Shown here: piece after piece, positions 26,994-37,720 of the stretch
Layout: the number at the start of each line of letters is the position of its first letter
How positions within the stretch are numbered: position 1 is the first letter of the stretch
DNA from: Thermoplasmata archaeon
GTDB lineage: Archaea > Thermoplasmatota > E2 > UBA202 > JdFR-43
Assembly: GCA_021162815.1 (NCBI GenBank)
Contig: JAGGXW010000006.1
Location: 15,081 to 79,080, forward strand
Direction of reading: 5' to 3'
DNA length: 64,000 nt
Program-made: the position numbers and the translations under genes
The notes under the pieces: generated by a model
Told to the model about the DNA's origin: nothing
What the model saw: the letters and a program-made list of their open reading frames with translations, nothing else
Database searches by the model: none

Positions 26994-29213
26994 TTATTTT
27001 CTGATATACACTGCAATAAGCATTATCGCCACAAGGATAAGGAATAATGGTATTATAACCTGGAGCATGAGCAGAAGGAAAGAACTCTGTTTGGCTTTAT
27101 CAGCCATCTCCTCTATTGACTCATCTGACATGTGATATGAAAGATCAGCAACAGTGACACGATTTCCAGATAATTTTTCTATCATTGCCTTGGTATGTTT
27201 TGCCTCCTCAATACTCTTATCAATATTTTCCGTCTTAATGCTTATATTCAACGCTTCAACTGAAGAATTGGATAGCTTTACGAGATTTATTTTATTTTCA
27301 AGAGAGGATTTTATGCTGTTTATTGTGTCCTGAGAAAACGATACATTTAGTTTATAGACATCAATCCAGAGCCACCCCCTTATACCCAGCAGCATTTCAA
27401 GAGGATTTATTTTCTTTACAGATTGCTTGTGCATATCAACAACCATTCCAGTATTGGGTTCAACCCAGTACTTTGTATCGGTTATATACATAATATTCTG
27501 CTCTATTCCTGGTGTGGAATCATACAAAATGCGTTTCTCGCTTGTTTCAAAGAGATAGGTATGTACTCCATCATGCTCCTCCTCTCTCACAAAATATGCA
27601 GGGGAGACAGCATTTATTTCTGTATTCCATATATTGTATGTTCTCTTTTCCACTCCGACAGGAAATGAAAAGTATCCATCCCTATCCATATCTCCGTAAT
27701 TTTTCACTTCCATTGCTGTGTCTGCATCAACACCATGATATTCCACCTTGCATCCTTCCTCTATTTTTTCCATTTTCTTGGCATCATATGTTGTGGTATT
27801 GTCTTCAAGAAGAAGTATCTTCCTTCCTTTCTCAAAATAAACATTTTTAACCTTTATTTCTCTGTTCATCACAATATTTTTCTTTGGCTGTGATATTATC
27901 CACAAACTCCCTTCCATTTTGAGAGATGTGTTGAAATCCTCTGGTATTGTATGAAGGTTTGGAAAATGAGATATGACCCTTCCATTTTTCTCAATATACA
28001 CAATGCTTCCCGATACAGGCTCCACATAATAGATTGTCGAACCATTATAATAGAGTTCAACAAATCTATCACTCAAGCCAGGAAGAGATTGTTTTTCAAT
28101 GTAAACATCTCTGGCATTCTGGATGAATTTATAGGTATCAATTCCTCCTATATTCTCCTCTCCACTATATACAGCAACAGACACATTGTTTATCTCCCCA
28201 TTCCAAAGTTCATAGTTCTTTCTCTCCACTCCTATCGGGAATGTCATCAATCCACGCTTATTGCTGAGAAATTTCATATACTCCATGGTCACAGGATTTA
28301 CAGCGTCTTTGGAAGAGGATGAAATCTCCTTTATCACTTTGCCATCTTCATCCTCTGCCACAATATCATTCTCAACAATATAATAGGATGAAGAGGCATT
28401 CAGCACCTTTATATGATTGCTCACGGTAATGTTGTATTCCTCTGGCAAACCAGTAGTGGTATTCAGTATTTTGACCTTCCCACACAGCAATACCGTCTTA
28501 TTGAGATTTGAAGGTAATTTATGCAAATCAGGAAACTGCGCATCCTGCTTGACATGCTTTGCGAGATTTATTATGGCTCCTGTCACAACATCCACCCAAG
28601 CCTGCTGCTCCCCGCTGTAATACATTTTTGCCTCGGGTAAATCGGGAAGAGGGCCAATATAAACATCATGCTGGCCTCCATAATACTTGTAACATTTGAT
28701 TCCATGTACATATTCCACACCGTCATAATAGGCGGTAGCCACAGCTTCCTGAGGAGAGATATATCCCTTTTTGCATGCCTCATCAAGGTCACTATTCCAT
28801 ATGGCATAATTCTTCTTCTCTATACCCACGGGGAAGAGCCAGTACCCGAGTCTATCCAGATCCCCATATCCCTTGATATTCTCAGCTGTTCTCTCATTTA
28901 TACCGTAAATTTTTACCGTATGAAATTCGGGCAGCTCTTTTCCATTGTCTGCATTAAAAACATTTATATCCTCTCTTATGATAAGTACATTTCCCTCATG
29001 CTGCAAAGCCTTTACATGCCTCTGTATTTCTATATTCCTGTAATTCATTGTCAGGGTGCTCATATTTAGCATGCCAAGTTTACCATCATAGTATATCACC
29101 ATATCAAGGTCAGATGGATATTTTTTCATCGATGGAACGACATAAAATGAAAGTGAAGGTGATATGATTATGAGAACGATTGCGATTATGAGTAATGCAC
29201 TTTTTCCCCCCAT
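26994..29213 (-). CDS. large surface protein with N-terminal signal anchor, three ~200-aa internal repeats and a C-terminal TM anchor
   Basis: Repeat motif FP(V/I)G(V/I)E(K/R)(K/R)(N/T)Y.(I/L)WN.(D/E)(I/L) occurs three times, each preceded by GY/GD...D..GY. The ORF is open to 29480, but the extension is antisense to the Taw3 gene, so the MGGK Met (29213) is the preferred start. Confidence 0.5.
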   Translation of the reverse strand: MGGKSALLIIAIVLIIISPSLSFYVVPSMKKYPSDLDMVIYYDGKLGMLNMSTLTMNYRNIEIQRHVKALQHEGNVLIIREDINVFNADNGKELPEFHTVKIYGINERTAENIKGYGDLDRLGYWLFPVGIEKKNYAIWNSDLDEACKKGYISPQEAVATAYYDGVEYVHGIKCYKYYGGQHDVYIGPLPDLPEAKMYYSGEQQAWVDVVTGAIINLAKHVKQDAQFPDLHKLPSNLNKTVLLCGKVKILNTTTGLPEEYNITVSNHIKVLNASSSYYIVENDIVAEDEDGKVIKEISSSSKDAVNPVTMEYMKFLSNKRGLMTFPIGVERKNYELWNGEINNVSVAVYSGEENIGGIDTYKFIQNARDVYIEKQSLPGLSDRFVELYYNGSTIYYVEPVSGSIVYIEKNGRVISHFPNLHTIPEDFNTSLKMEGSLWIISQPKKNIVMNREIKVKNVYFEKGRKILLLEDNTTTYDAKKMEKIEEGCKVEYHGVDADTAMEVKNYGDMDRDGYFSFPVGVEKRTYNIWNTEINAVSPAYFVREEEHDGVHTYLFETSEKRILYDSTPGIEQNIMYITDTKYWVEPNTGMVVDMHKQSVKKINPLEMLLGIRGWLWIDVYKLNVSFSQDTINSIKSSLENKINLVKLSNSSVEALNISIKTENIDKSIEEAKHTKAMIEKLSGNRVTVADLSYHMSDESIEEMADKAKQSSFLLLMLQVIIPLFLILVAIMLIAVYIRK

Positions 29214-29262
29214 GAAAGAATTTATCGCAAACCTATTTAAGAAAGTTTCGAATGAATTTCTG

Positions 29263-29853
29263 ATGGGAAAGGAAAGCGTTTTTATAGAAAAAAAGAGAAT
29301 TGCAATGGAAAAATTGAGGGATGCTGTCAAGAACAAAAAGGTGGATTCAAAAATTATGGGAATACTGGAAAAAATAAACAAGATGAATGAATACTTTACC
29401 ACAAGCAGTTGTGCTGGAAGGATAATTCTGCTCAAACTTCCAGAGGCTGGAGATAAAAAAAATGCTGTTTTTATTGGCAAATGGCATGAAAAAGTTGTGG
29501 CTGAGGAAATAATGAGATTAATCGAATGTTTGGATGATGAAATATGGTTTATGGTTAATCCACCTATAATACATGTCGGCTGTAAAACAATGAAGGATGT
29601 AAAGGCTTTATTAACTGTTGCAAATCAGAGTGGTTTCAAACATTCGTCAATAAAATCTGTCGGGAAAATTGTATTTGTTGAAATACTCAGCACAGAAAGA
29701 ATGGATGTTCCAATATGTTTTAAAGGCAGAATGCCAGTAGATGAGGAGTATATCAGAATACTTGTTGAAATAGCAAATAAAATGATGGATAGAATTGATA
29801 AGAAGCTGGCAAAACTGGATGAAGAACTAAGCAAGATGTCTCAGCGTTTGTAG
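29263..29853 (+). CDS. taw3: tRNA wybutosine-pathway methyltransferase Taw3 (TYW3 homolog)
   Basis: Conserved [11 protein letters not shown] motif (TYW3 signature S-S-C-x-G-R-I). About 200 aa counting from the MGKESVF Met. Confidence 0.65.
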   Translation: MGKESVFIEKKRIAMEKLRDAVKNKKVDSKIMGILEKINKMNEYFTTSSCAGRIILLKLPEAGDKKNAVFIGKWHEKVVAEEIMRLIECLDDEIWFMVNPPIIHVGCKTMKDVKALLTVANQSGFKHSSIKSVGKIVFVEILSTERMDVPICFKGRMPVDEEYIRILVEIANKMMDRIDKKLAKLDEELSKMSQRL

Positions 29854-30332
29854 CCAATATTTCTGAGAAATTCCCTCCTTTTCTTAATAGCCTCTTCACC
29901 CTCTATTCCCTTGCTTTTGAAACCATCCGCAACGCCTATTATGGCTCTTCCTTTCTCACCTGCAATATCGGTTTCATAAACAAGTACCTTGGCAGGATTT
30001 GCTGTAGCAGCATATATGCTGCACACCTCCTGCACATTCTTTATTGCATTTAAGACATTTATTGGAAAACAGTCTTTCAAAAACACTATAAAACAGTGTC
30101 CTGCGGCAATTTTTTCCGCATTTTTTACTGCAAGAGCTTTCATTTCCTCATCATTACCATCATATCTTATAAGACATGGACCAGATGCCTCACAGAATGC
30201 AATTCCGAATTTGCATGATGGAGAGGTTGTAACAATTGCCTCATATATGTCCTCAACACTTTTTATGAAATGGCTCTGCCCGAGAATGAAATTAATCTCC
30301 TCTGGCTTTTCAATTTCCACTTCCTCAATCAT
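29841..30332 (-). CDS. conserved archaeal protein, possibly adenosine-specific-kinase family (PF04008/DUF355-like)
   Basis: 163 aa. N-terminal ...[22 protein letters not shown] pattern recalled for this family. Weak assignment. Confidence 0.3.
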   Translation of the reverse strand: MIEEVEIEKPEEINFILGQSHFIKSVEDIYEAIVTTSPSCKFGIAFCEASGPCLIRYDGNDEEMKALAVKNAEKIAAGHCFIVFLKDCFPINVLNAIKNVQEVCSIYAATANPAKVLVYETDIAGEKGRAIIGVADGFKSKGIEGEEAIKKRREFLRNIGYKR

Positions 30333-30355
30333 GGTTATAATATGCTGAAATGAAT

Positions 30356-30856
30356 TTAAATGTAATCTTTCATCATCTCCACCACTTCCTGACTGCTCCT
30401 TGCTTTCCTGTAATCATTCAACGGCAATCTGTTGAGTTCAATGAAATGCTCACCCCATTTGAATTTCTTCATCAATGCCATAGCTCCTTCCTCATCCCCC
30501 AGAATGTAGAGGGATGCTGCCAGCGCCTCGGCGGTACTAAGCTTCGATGGCTTTCCATAGTTGACGGGATTTGCAGCAAGCAGAAAAGGCAAAGCTCTGG
30601 AATTTTTTTTGCTTACCCTGGAAAATATCCTCTCTGCATTTTTCCATGAACAGTCTATGGCAGCTATGTTCCTATATTTTTTATCCTCTGGTGAGAGAGC
30701 TTTTTTTGAGTATGGATTCAGAATGAGGGAATTTTTGGGTAACTCACTCAACCTTCCTACAAGCTTCACCAGTCCAAATCTGGCAAGTTTTTTTGCGGTG
30801 CATTTTTTTGGATCATCCTCATTGGCATGATAAACATACAACCTATACATTTTCAT
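30356..30856 (-). CDS. tsr3: 16S rRNA aminocarboxypropyltransferase Tsr3 (DUF367)
   Basis: N-terminal [19 protein letters not shown] motif characteristic of Tsr3; 166 aa. Confidence 0.7.
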   Translation of the reverse strand: MKMYRLYVYHANEDDPKKCTAKKLARFGLVKLVGRLSELPKNSLILNPYSKKALSPEDKKYRNIAAIDCSWKNAERIFSRVSKKNSRALPFLLAANPVNYGKPSKLSTAEALAASLYILGDEEGAMALMKKFKWGEHFIELNRLPLNDYRKARSSQEVVEMMKDYI

Positions 30857-31214
30857 TCAGTATTTCCTCATCCTCAGCCTTCCATGGAGGGGAAACAATG
30901 CATAAAAAGATGAGAGGTTTGCTTCCAGTATTTTTAATCTGCTGAACAGAATTGGGCGGAATGTAAATCACATTCCCCTCATGCACTTCCTCATGTTCAT
31001 CATCTATACGCATTTCTCCCTTCCCCTCAAGAATATAATACACCTCACTGCTTTTCAATCTATGAGGCAATGTTATATCTCCGGGCAACACCTTGGCAAG
31101 AGCCATACTGTATCCTATTTTCACATCATCCTTTAAAGGACTCAGAATCTCTCTCAGAATTGCTTTATCTCCCGATACTATTTCCTCACAATTCTTTACA
31201 TCCTTTACGAGCAT
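30843..31214 (-). CDS. cupin-domain protein
   Basis: 123 aa with cupin motifs G(x)5HxH-like (...LPHRLKSSEVYYILEGKG... EVHEGNVIYIP). Confidence 0.55.
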   Translation of the reverse strand: MLVKDVKNCEEIVSGDKAILREILSPLKDDVKIGYSMALAKVLPGDITLPHRLKSSEVYYILEGKGEMRIDDEHEEVHEGNVIYIPPNSVQQIKNTGSKPLIFLCIVSPPWKAEDEEILNENV

Positions 31215-31267
31215 TCTTAAAAAATTCTTTTCCTGCTATTTAATGGATTCGGTAATAAATTTTATAA

Positions 31268-33742
31268 ATGAGGCAGATATTGAAAATGGGGGCAAAGATG
31301 AAGAAAATATTTGTTTCGTTACTGGTGATTGTGCTTCTTGTAGGGGGAATGAATATAGCAGGAATAAATGGAGTAAACAGAGTACTCAATTACAATCAAA
31401 GCTCTGGTAAACTATCAATAAATCAAAAGATAGAATTTTCATCTCCTGTAATCGGAAAGGATGGAGAATATCAGTATGTTTCATTAAAAAATTGCAATTC
31501 CTATATTGTAAAACCGGGCTATCCAATGCTTCCAAAAATGGTGAAGGATATCGAATTGCCATTCAATGCAAGGGACATTCGGGTCAATGTAGATGTGAGA
31601 GGAGAAAGAGAATATAGCATGGAAAGGTACATTATCCCGGCTCCAGCCAGAGTGAGATTATCAGATGGCAAGCTTGTGGAGGGAGGGATAAATGAAAAGG
31701 CTTACAGAAGCAATTCTCTCTTTCCAAATGTGAGTTATTCATATCACTTCGGTGTGGGGCTTAATGGACATGGAAAAAGAGTGATACATCTGGTTATTGA
31801 TATATATCCGGTAAAATACATAGCAGGAGAGAGAAAAATAATTGTTGCAGATAGAGCAGATATTGAGATAAAATACAGGTTAGCAGATGAGCAGGAGGTG
31901 GAAACATATGATTTGCTCATAATTGCCCCATCATCATTCAAGGATGCATTGCAGCCATTGATAGAGCATAAAGAAAGCATTGGAATTCCAACCCTGCTAT
32001 TGACAACTGAAGAAATATACTCCAGCTATAGTGGAAGAGATGAGCCTGAGAAAATAAAGTATGCCATAAAGGATGCAATTGAAAAATATGGAATAAAGTA
32101 TGTATTGCTTGTAGGAGGACTTAAATCAAAAATATATGCAAAGCCAAAGGATAATGTGAATGCAGGAGTAACTGGATGGTATTTGCCTGTAAGATACTCC
32201 AACTGCCGATACTGGGAAGGAGATGATCCTGGAGTTATAACAGATCTGTACTACGCTGATATTTACAAATATGAAGATGGAAAAGCTGTTTTTGATAACT
32301 GGGACAGCAATGGAAATGGAATATATGCAGAATTCACTCCATCAAGTCAGGATAAACTTGATCTGTATCCGGATGTGTATGTTGGCAGACTTGCATGTAG
32401 AAGCGTTAAGGAAGTGCAGGATATTGTAGAGAAGATAATAGGATATGAAAATGATGAAAAATCATGGTTTTATAGAATGATAGGAATAACAGGAGATGGA
32501 TTTCTTGATCAGCAGGATTTGAACATAACATGGGATGTTAGAAATGTGCCCGATGGAAAATATACCCTATATGCTCAGAGTATGAATGATGAAGGCAAAA
32601 CAGGACCAATAGATGTGACAAATTTCACAGTTGATCATGATGCGGAAACAAAGCTAACATTCAATCATGATGATTATCTCATACCTGCCCTTAAAAACGG
32701 ATATCCTGCGCCCCCAATAGCCAAAATTGTCTCCATATCTGAGGGAGATGTTATAGGCAGCAACGACTACACATATTCTCCATCTGAAAGGGAGGCGTAT
32801 TTAAATTCATATTCTCACTGGGCAGATGTGGAGTATGTGAATGGTATACTACACATAAGAGGAAAAAGCTATGACCCCCAGCTGTATGGAGATTACACCA
32901 ACATTCACGTATGGATTCAGAATGAAAATGGGGAAACAATATTTTCAGCATGGAGAAATAACACCCTTCAGATAGCAGAGGGAGACTGGACTGTTGGAGA
33001 AAGGGTCCTCCATGGAAGAGGTGGAGCATTCTATTACATGCCGGATAATTTTGAAAAGATATTTTTGTCCACCTCAAATGGCAATTTCACCGGCAAACAG
33101 GATGTGGTGGATGCACTTAGCGAGGGAGCAGGATTTGTTTTCTTTTCCGGGCATGGAAGCCCTGGAGTGTGGGCAAATCATTATCCCGGCATACCCGGGA
33201 ACAGGCAACATGCAGAAATTATAGGATTATCTGTAAGCGATTTGGATGGCTCTCCTCATTTCCCCATGGATGCAATCTCAAATAATGGCAAACCCTTCAT
33301 ATGCATTGTAGGAGGATGCCACAACAGCCAGTTCAATATTTCTCTGGCATTGACAGCTATAGACTGGTTTAACAGGCATTCCATGAATACATATGGTTAT
33401 CCTGTTCCGGAAACATGGAGCTGGTACATTGTTAAGCAAACAGATAAGGGAGCGATAGCAAGTATAGGGAACACGGGATATGGTTACGGGAATCTTGGAG
33501 AGTGGTGCGTTGTGGGAGGCGTTGATAACTGGATAACAACAGAATTTTTCAGAGTCTATGCCGAGAATGAAGCAGAGGCTGTTCTGGGAAACATATATGA
33601 AAAGACCATAAGCAATTACATAACACACTTCCATGACTTTGTTCTGCCCGATGTCCATGAAGGCTGGGATGCTGGAGATTTAAAAACAGTGCAGCAGTGG
33701 GTTCTGCTTGGAGACCCAAGCTTACAGCTCCTCCCTCCATGA
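31268..33742 (+). CDS. secreted peptidase C25 (gingipain-like) family protein, paralog 3 (with ~180-aa insertion)
   Basis: Same C25 blocks as paralog 2 (YDLLIIAPSSF..LQPLIEHKE, IKYVLLVGG, TDLYYADIY, PDVYVGRLAC...KIIGYE). Candidate catalytic SGHGSP and GGCHNSQF. Signal peptide. Confidence 0.65.
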   Translation: MRQILKMGAKMKKIFVSLLVIVLLVGGMNIAGINGVNRVLNYNQSSGKLSINQKIEFSSPVIGKDGEYQYVSLKNCNSYIVKPGYPMLPKMVKDIELPFNARDIRVNVDVRGEREYSMERYIIPAPARVRLSDGKLVEGGINEKAYRSNSLFPNVSYSYHFGVGLNGHGKRVIHLVIDIYPVKYIAGERKIIVADRADIEIKYRLADEQEVETYDLLIIAPSSFKDALQPLIEHKESIGIPTLLLTTEEIYSSYSGRDEPEKIKYAIKDAIEKYGIKYVLLVGGLKSKIYAKPKDNVNAGVTGWYLPVRYSNCRYWEGDDPGVITDLYYADIYKYEDGKAVFDNWDSNGNGIYAEFTPSSQDKLDLYPDVYVGRLACRSVKEVQDIVEKIIGYENDEKSWFYRMIGITGDGFLDQQDLNITWDVRNVPDGKYTLYAQSMNDEGKTGPIDVTNFTVDHDAETKLTFNHDDYLIPALKNGYPAPPIAKIVSISEGDVIGSNDYTYSPSEREAYLNSYSHWADVEYVNGILHIRGKSYDPQLYGDYTNIHVWIQNENGETIFSAWRNNTLQIAEGDWTVGERVLHGRGGAFYYMPDNFEKIFLSTSNGNFTGKQDVVDALSEGAGFVFFSGHGSPGVWANHYPGIPGNRQHAEIIGLSVSDLDGSPHFPMDAISNNGKPFICIVGGCHNSQFNISLALTAIDWFNRHSMNTYGYPVPETWSWYIVKQTDKGAIASIGNTGYGYGNLGEWCVVGGVDNWITTEFFRVYAENEAEAVLGNIYEKTISNYITHFHDFVLPDVHEGWDAGDLKTVQQWVLLGDPSLQLLPP

Positions 33743-33789
33743 TTTTTTTATAATTTATTTTGATACTAATCCTTCACACCTAAATGAAT

Positions 33790-34701
33790 TTAAGTTGCAT
33801 GTTTTTTGTAAGCTTGTTTAATCAAAGTCATTATATAATCTATATCTGAATCTGGTGTTATTATTATCTCCGTTCCCCAGCCCTTATATGATTTTGAAAC
33901 ATTTTTATAATCATCTAATTCATCTCTTTTTATCCATAGACGGGCCCGTATGTACTTTTTACTCTTAAGGAAATAAAACCACACAAACAATATTCTTTTT
34001 CCTGGGGAAAAACCTATGTAATTTTTAGTAGGACGAATTTCAATGTTTTCTCCCAGATTTAAAATTCTTTCTTTCAACTCTTCATAAATAGCAACTATGT
34101 CCTCAGGCATTTTTTGAAGATGCCTCTCCTCAGTATAAACCTTTATTTCCTTATTGACTTTTCTGATAACACTATTTTTTGAGCTAATTTTGGTTATGGA
34201 TTCACTTGTTTCAAGCGATTTTAATTGATTAAAAAGTACCGTATTATTTTCATATTTTTTCACTTCCCAGAGTTCAATTGGTAAATCTTTGAAATCAATA
34301 GCTTTTCTTTGATATTTTGTAAATTGTGGCGAAATGAATATAACCCTTGATTGAGACCAGTCAACATCACCTCTCCTTAAACTTTTTCCTTTACATTCGT
34401 TATATTCCAGAATAAAATCCGCTTTGTTATTCAACAAGAGGGAAAGATACGCATAACCCTGATCGATTACACTGAAACTTCTGTCTTTTTTGTATTCAAT
34501 AACCACAAAAGATTTTGTCTCATTATCAAAGGCAAGCGTATCCATTCTCAGGTCTCCTTTTGCAACTTCTGTTTTTACAAATTCCAAGCCAAATATTTCT
34601 TCCAGATTCTGTTCCGTCATTCTCTGTATTTCTTTCTCATTTTTAAAAGGCACTTCTCTTATTTGTTTCAATTTATCTTTCTCAATTTTAAATATTGGCA
34701 T
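33790..34701 (-). CDS. NucS/RecB-like PD-(D/E)xK nuclease-domain protein with C-terminal domain of unknown function
   Basis: N-terminal order GDLRMDTLAFD (motif I, Asp) - FVVIEYKKD (motif II, E-x-K) - VIDQGYAYL (Q...Y) with NucS-like spacing. The C-terminal ~110 aa (…YIGFSPGKRILFVWFYF…RARLWIK…) is a distinct conserved-looking domain. No homolog function known. Confidence 0.45.
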   Translation of the reverse strand: MPIFKIEKDKLKQIREVPFKNEKEIQRMTEQNLEEIFGLEFVKTEVAKGDLRMDTLAFDNETKSFVVIEYKKDRSFSVIDQGYAYLSLLLNNKADFILEYNECKGKSLRRGDVDWSQSRVIFISPQFTKYQRKAIDFKDLPIELWEVKKYENNTVLFNQLKSLETSESITKISSKNSVIRKVNKEIKVYTEERHLQKMPEDIVAIYEELKERILNLGENIEIRPTKNYIGFSPGKRILFVWFYFLKSKKYIRARLWIKRDELDDYKNVSKSYKGWGTEIIITPDSDIDYIMTLIKQAYKKHAT

Positions 34702-34756
34702 AATTAATCATCTTAATTTCGATATTTTTAAATAATTTTCTTTTTAGATGTTCTTC

Positions 34757-35833
34757 TCACACCTCATATCCCATCTCGGCCATCTTCTCCGGAAGATAAA
34801 CATCTGTGACATAATCCAGGCCATACTTTGCCAGTGCCTGCTGCTCCGCCTTTTTCTTTATCTCAAGTTGCAAATTTATTTCATTCTTCCAGAACTCATC
34901 CTGAAATCTTGGATCGCTGAGTTCCGATTTCAGAGCGTTTATATCCTCTGTGGTGAGGTCATCTGAAGGGAGTTCATATGAAAGGATATCAGAAGGAGTA
35001 ACACCGAGAAATTCTGCTGAGGGAGTTGCGAGATATTCTGAAATATGGGCTGTTTTTATGGCACCATATGCAATGGATGCAAATATGCGATAGCTCCATG
35101 GATCGCCATCCGTGAAAACTATTACTGGCAGATTGAGCTCCTCATTCAATCTCTTAATGAATCTCCTTGTACTTCTTGCAGGCTGCCCCTTTATGTGTAT
35201 TAATATTGAATTGCTCTTTTCATCAAACTCATTTTCAACAAGCCTGTCAAACATACCGCCTGTTTCTATTGCTATAACTTTATTGGCATTTGTTTCAATG
35301 AATTTTATTTTATCCTTCTCCACATTGTATGGGATGCTGTAGCCGCTATCTCCCACATCATCCTGGCAGTGTATTCTTCTCTTTTCTCCCTTCCTTGTTG
35401 TTTCCTCTATGACGATATCACCTATCACACTTGCCCCATCCTCCTCAGGCCTTAATTTAAGGTCCTCTCTCAATTTTTTTGTCAAAATTTCAAGGTCCTC
35501 TGCAAGCTTATCAGATTCATCCTGACTGTGAAACTTTGCATCTCCCCAGCCTTCAGATATGTAATAAAGTTCTCTCAATGTTGATGTTTTCCTGTTTTCA
35601 ATCATCTCAAGAATGAAATCAAGGGTGTAGATGGTTCTTAAAAGCATATACGCACCAGAAAGGGATACAGCTGATCTGGTTATTTTCTGCTCACCATACT
35701 TCCATACTCTGTATCTCTCATCAAATATTATATTGCTCTTTGTTCTGGCAGGCAGCCGTATGGAAGGAATCCTTGAATTTGAAAGGTCATCATAAATCTT
35801 TTCAGCTATTCTTTTTAAATCCTCCTTAACCAT
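34757..35833 (-). CDS. top6A: DNA topoisomerase VI subunit A (Spo11-like)
   Basis: 358 aa with Spo11/Top6A winged-helix and Toprim regions; lies immediately downstream of top6B with no gap. Confidence 0.8.
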   Translation of the reverse strand: MVKEDLKRIAEKIYDDLSNSRIPSIRLPARTKSNIIFDERYRVWKYGEQKITRSAVSLSGAYMLLRTIYTLDFILEMIENRKTSTLRELYYISEGWGDAKFHSQDESDKLAEDLEILTKKLREDLKLRPEEDGASVIGDIVIEETTRKGEKRRIHCQDDVGDSGYSIPYNVEKDKIKFIETNANKVIAIETGGMFDRLVENEFDEKSNSILIHIKGQPARSTRRFIKRLNEELNLPVIVFTDGDPWSYRIFASIAYGAIKTAHISEYLATPSAEFLGVTPSDILSYELPSDDLTTEDINALKSELSDPRFQDEFWKNEINLQLEIKKKAEQQALAKYGLDYVTDVYLPEKMAEMGYEV

Positions 35834-37690
35834 TTAATCACCCTCCCACTTTTCCGCACCAATAACATATACCGGATTGATACCCTTAATATACAATTCC
35901 ACATCATCCATTTCTTCCCTCACTTTAAACTTTATTTCCATATTTTCAGATGGCTCAATTTTATCAATGTCCCACTTAACATACTTCTCACCAATTTCCG
36001 CAGGCGATGGAGTTGCCTCAACAAACACATCCTTTGAAGAAATTTCCGCATACAAAGAGAATTTCTGCTTTCTGGAGGTGTAGTTTGTTACGTTTATTTT
36101 TATTTCACTCTCTCCACTACCTTTCCTCACCTCATCCTCTATCCAGATAATATTCATAATCTGGGTTATAACCTCGTCTATTGATGGAACCGGTTTTCCA
36201 AGAATTTCCGCCACCTTTCTCGCCATATCCGGCAATAGCTTTGTTATGAGCAAAAATTTGCTCTCTGCCTTTGCCCTCTTGCTCTTTTTGGATATGTGGG
36301 CCTTCAATTTCCTGCCGCACTGCTGCAATGAAAGCCTTATCTCCTTTTCTATCTCCTCAATGTGGGCTATTGCCTCCTTGCTTTCAGATGTAAATGGTAT
36401 ATTAACAGATGCAACATGAACAAGTATTATGGCTGGCCCATATGGTATGCCTCTTCCTCCCTTCTGCTCCAGTCCATAGCGGCGCCAGTCAATGTTTTTT
36501 ATAGCCTCTGTTATAACACATGCCCCTTCCTGATAGAGCAATGGAACTTTATTTGCGAAACGGAGTATCTCAACCCTCTCCTCCTTTGGAAGATTTCCCC
36601 CATAAACAATTCCAGTTTCAACCATGAATGGTGTTCCTGAAAAAACATTTGGAGGGCGTTTATCTGTTGCTATGAATTCAGGAGAAAGAGAACTTGTTTC
36701 CTTCCTCAATCCTCTTCTTATCAGATTCTCCCCAATGGGTGAGAGGCAATCTGTGGGAGGAGAGACGAACTTAACCTTTTTAAATGTCTCAATCAGCCTC
36801 TTTGCCTCATCAATTTCAATATCAATTGGAGCCTTATTACCATCTATTCCCGAAATGGACACTATTTCCTTGGCCTTTGATGAACTTATTGAAGAAAATT
36901 CGGTGGAGAGAAAGCTTGTTATCTTCCTTGCCTTTGTTTCCTTCATCATTGCCATTAGCCGGCCAAGCTCAATTCCGTATGGATGTGGTTTTATTTCCTT
37001 CGGCTGGGGGGGCATTGTTTCGGTTGCTCTTTCAAATACATTCTCCGTGCCATCTGGTTCAACAAAAATTATTCTGGCATGAGGATTCACTATGGCCGTA
37101 TTTCTTATATACTCATACACTGATTGCTTTCTATTCTTAACATATTTCCCTTTTATAAAAAACTCTATTTTTGTGCCCGATTTTTTATCCCAGTGAAGCA
37201 TTTCCTCATCTATAATCCTGGGGAGATTTTTCTTGGTATCAATCATAAGAGAATATTTATGAGCTGGAAAACCCTCTCCTATTTTGGATGTCACCACAGC
37301 AGGTTTTCCAGTTGTCATCTGGGAATAAAGCACCACAGCAGAAATGCCTATTCCCTGTTGCCCCCTTGACTGTTTCAGGGTATGAAAACGGGAGCCGTAA
37401 AGAAGGCGGGCAAAAACATTTGGTATCTGACTTTTCACTATTCCGGGACCATTATCCTCTATAGTAATTCTGTACTCACCTCCCCTTACATTCTCTATCT
37501 TAACAATTATTTCAGGCAGTATTCCTGCCTCCTCGCATGCATCGAGGGCATTGTCAACCGCCTCCTTCACACTTGTTATCATCGCTTTATGGGGGTTATC
37601 GAAGCCAAGTATCTGCCTGTTTCTTTCAAAAAACTCTGCTATTGAAATCTCTTTCTGTCTTTTTGCAAGTTCCTCTGCAATTGGCATCAT
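35834..37690 (-). CDS. top6B: DNA topoisomerase VI subunit B (GHKL ATPase)
   Basis: Bergerat-fold motifs (…EAVDNALDA…, …DNGPGI…, GxxGxG) and transducer domain; 618 aa. Confidence 0.8.
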   Translation of the reverse strand: MMPIAEELAKRQKEISIAEFFERNRQILGFDNPHKAMITSVKEAVDNALDACEEAGILPEIIVKIENVRGGEYRITIEDNGPGIVKSQIPNVFARLLYGSRFHTLKQSRGQQGIGISAVVLYSQMTTGKPAVVTSKIGEGFPAHKYSLMIDTKKNLPRIIDEEMLHWDKKSGTKIEFFIKGKYVKNRKQSVYEYIRNTAIVNPHARIIFVEPDGTENVFERATETMPPQPKEIKPHPYGIELGRLMAMMKETKARKITSFLSTEFSSISSSKAKEIVSISGIDGNKAPIDIEIDEAKRLIETFKKVKFVSPPTDCLSPIGENLIRRGLRKETSSLSPEFIATDKRPPNVFSGTPFMVETGIVYGGNLPKEERVEILRFANKVPLLYQEGACVITEAIKNIDWRRYGLEQKGGRGIPYGPAIILVHVASVNIPFTSESKEAIAHIEEIEKEIRLSLQQCGRKLKAHISKKSKRAKAESKFLLITKLLPDMARKVAEILGKPVPSIDEVITQIMNIIWIEDEVRKGSGESEIKINVTNYTSRKQKFSLYAEISSKDVFVEATPSPAEIGEKYVKWDIDKIEPSENMEIKFKVREEMDDVELYIKGINPVYVIGAEKWEGD

Positions 37691-37720
37691 ATTTTATTCA
37701 TGCCATAAATAAAGATTTTT

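Noticed and set aside
29213-29480. N-terminal 89-codon extension of ORF 26994..29480
   Set aside because: Purely hydrophobic, AT-codon-driven translation antisense to the Taw3 start. A proper signal-anchor Met (MGGK) occurs at 29213.
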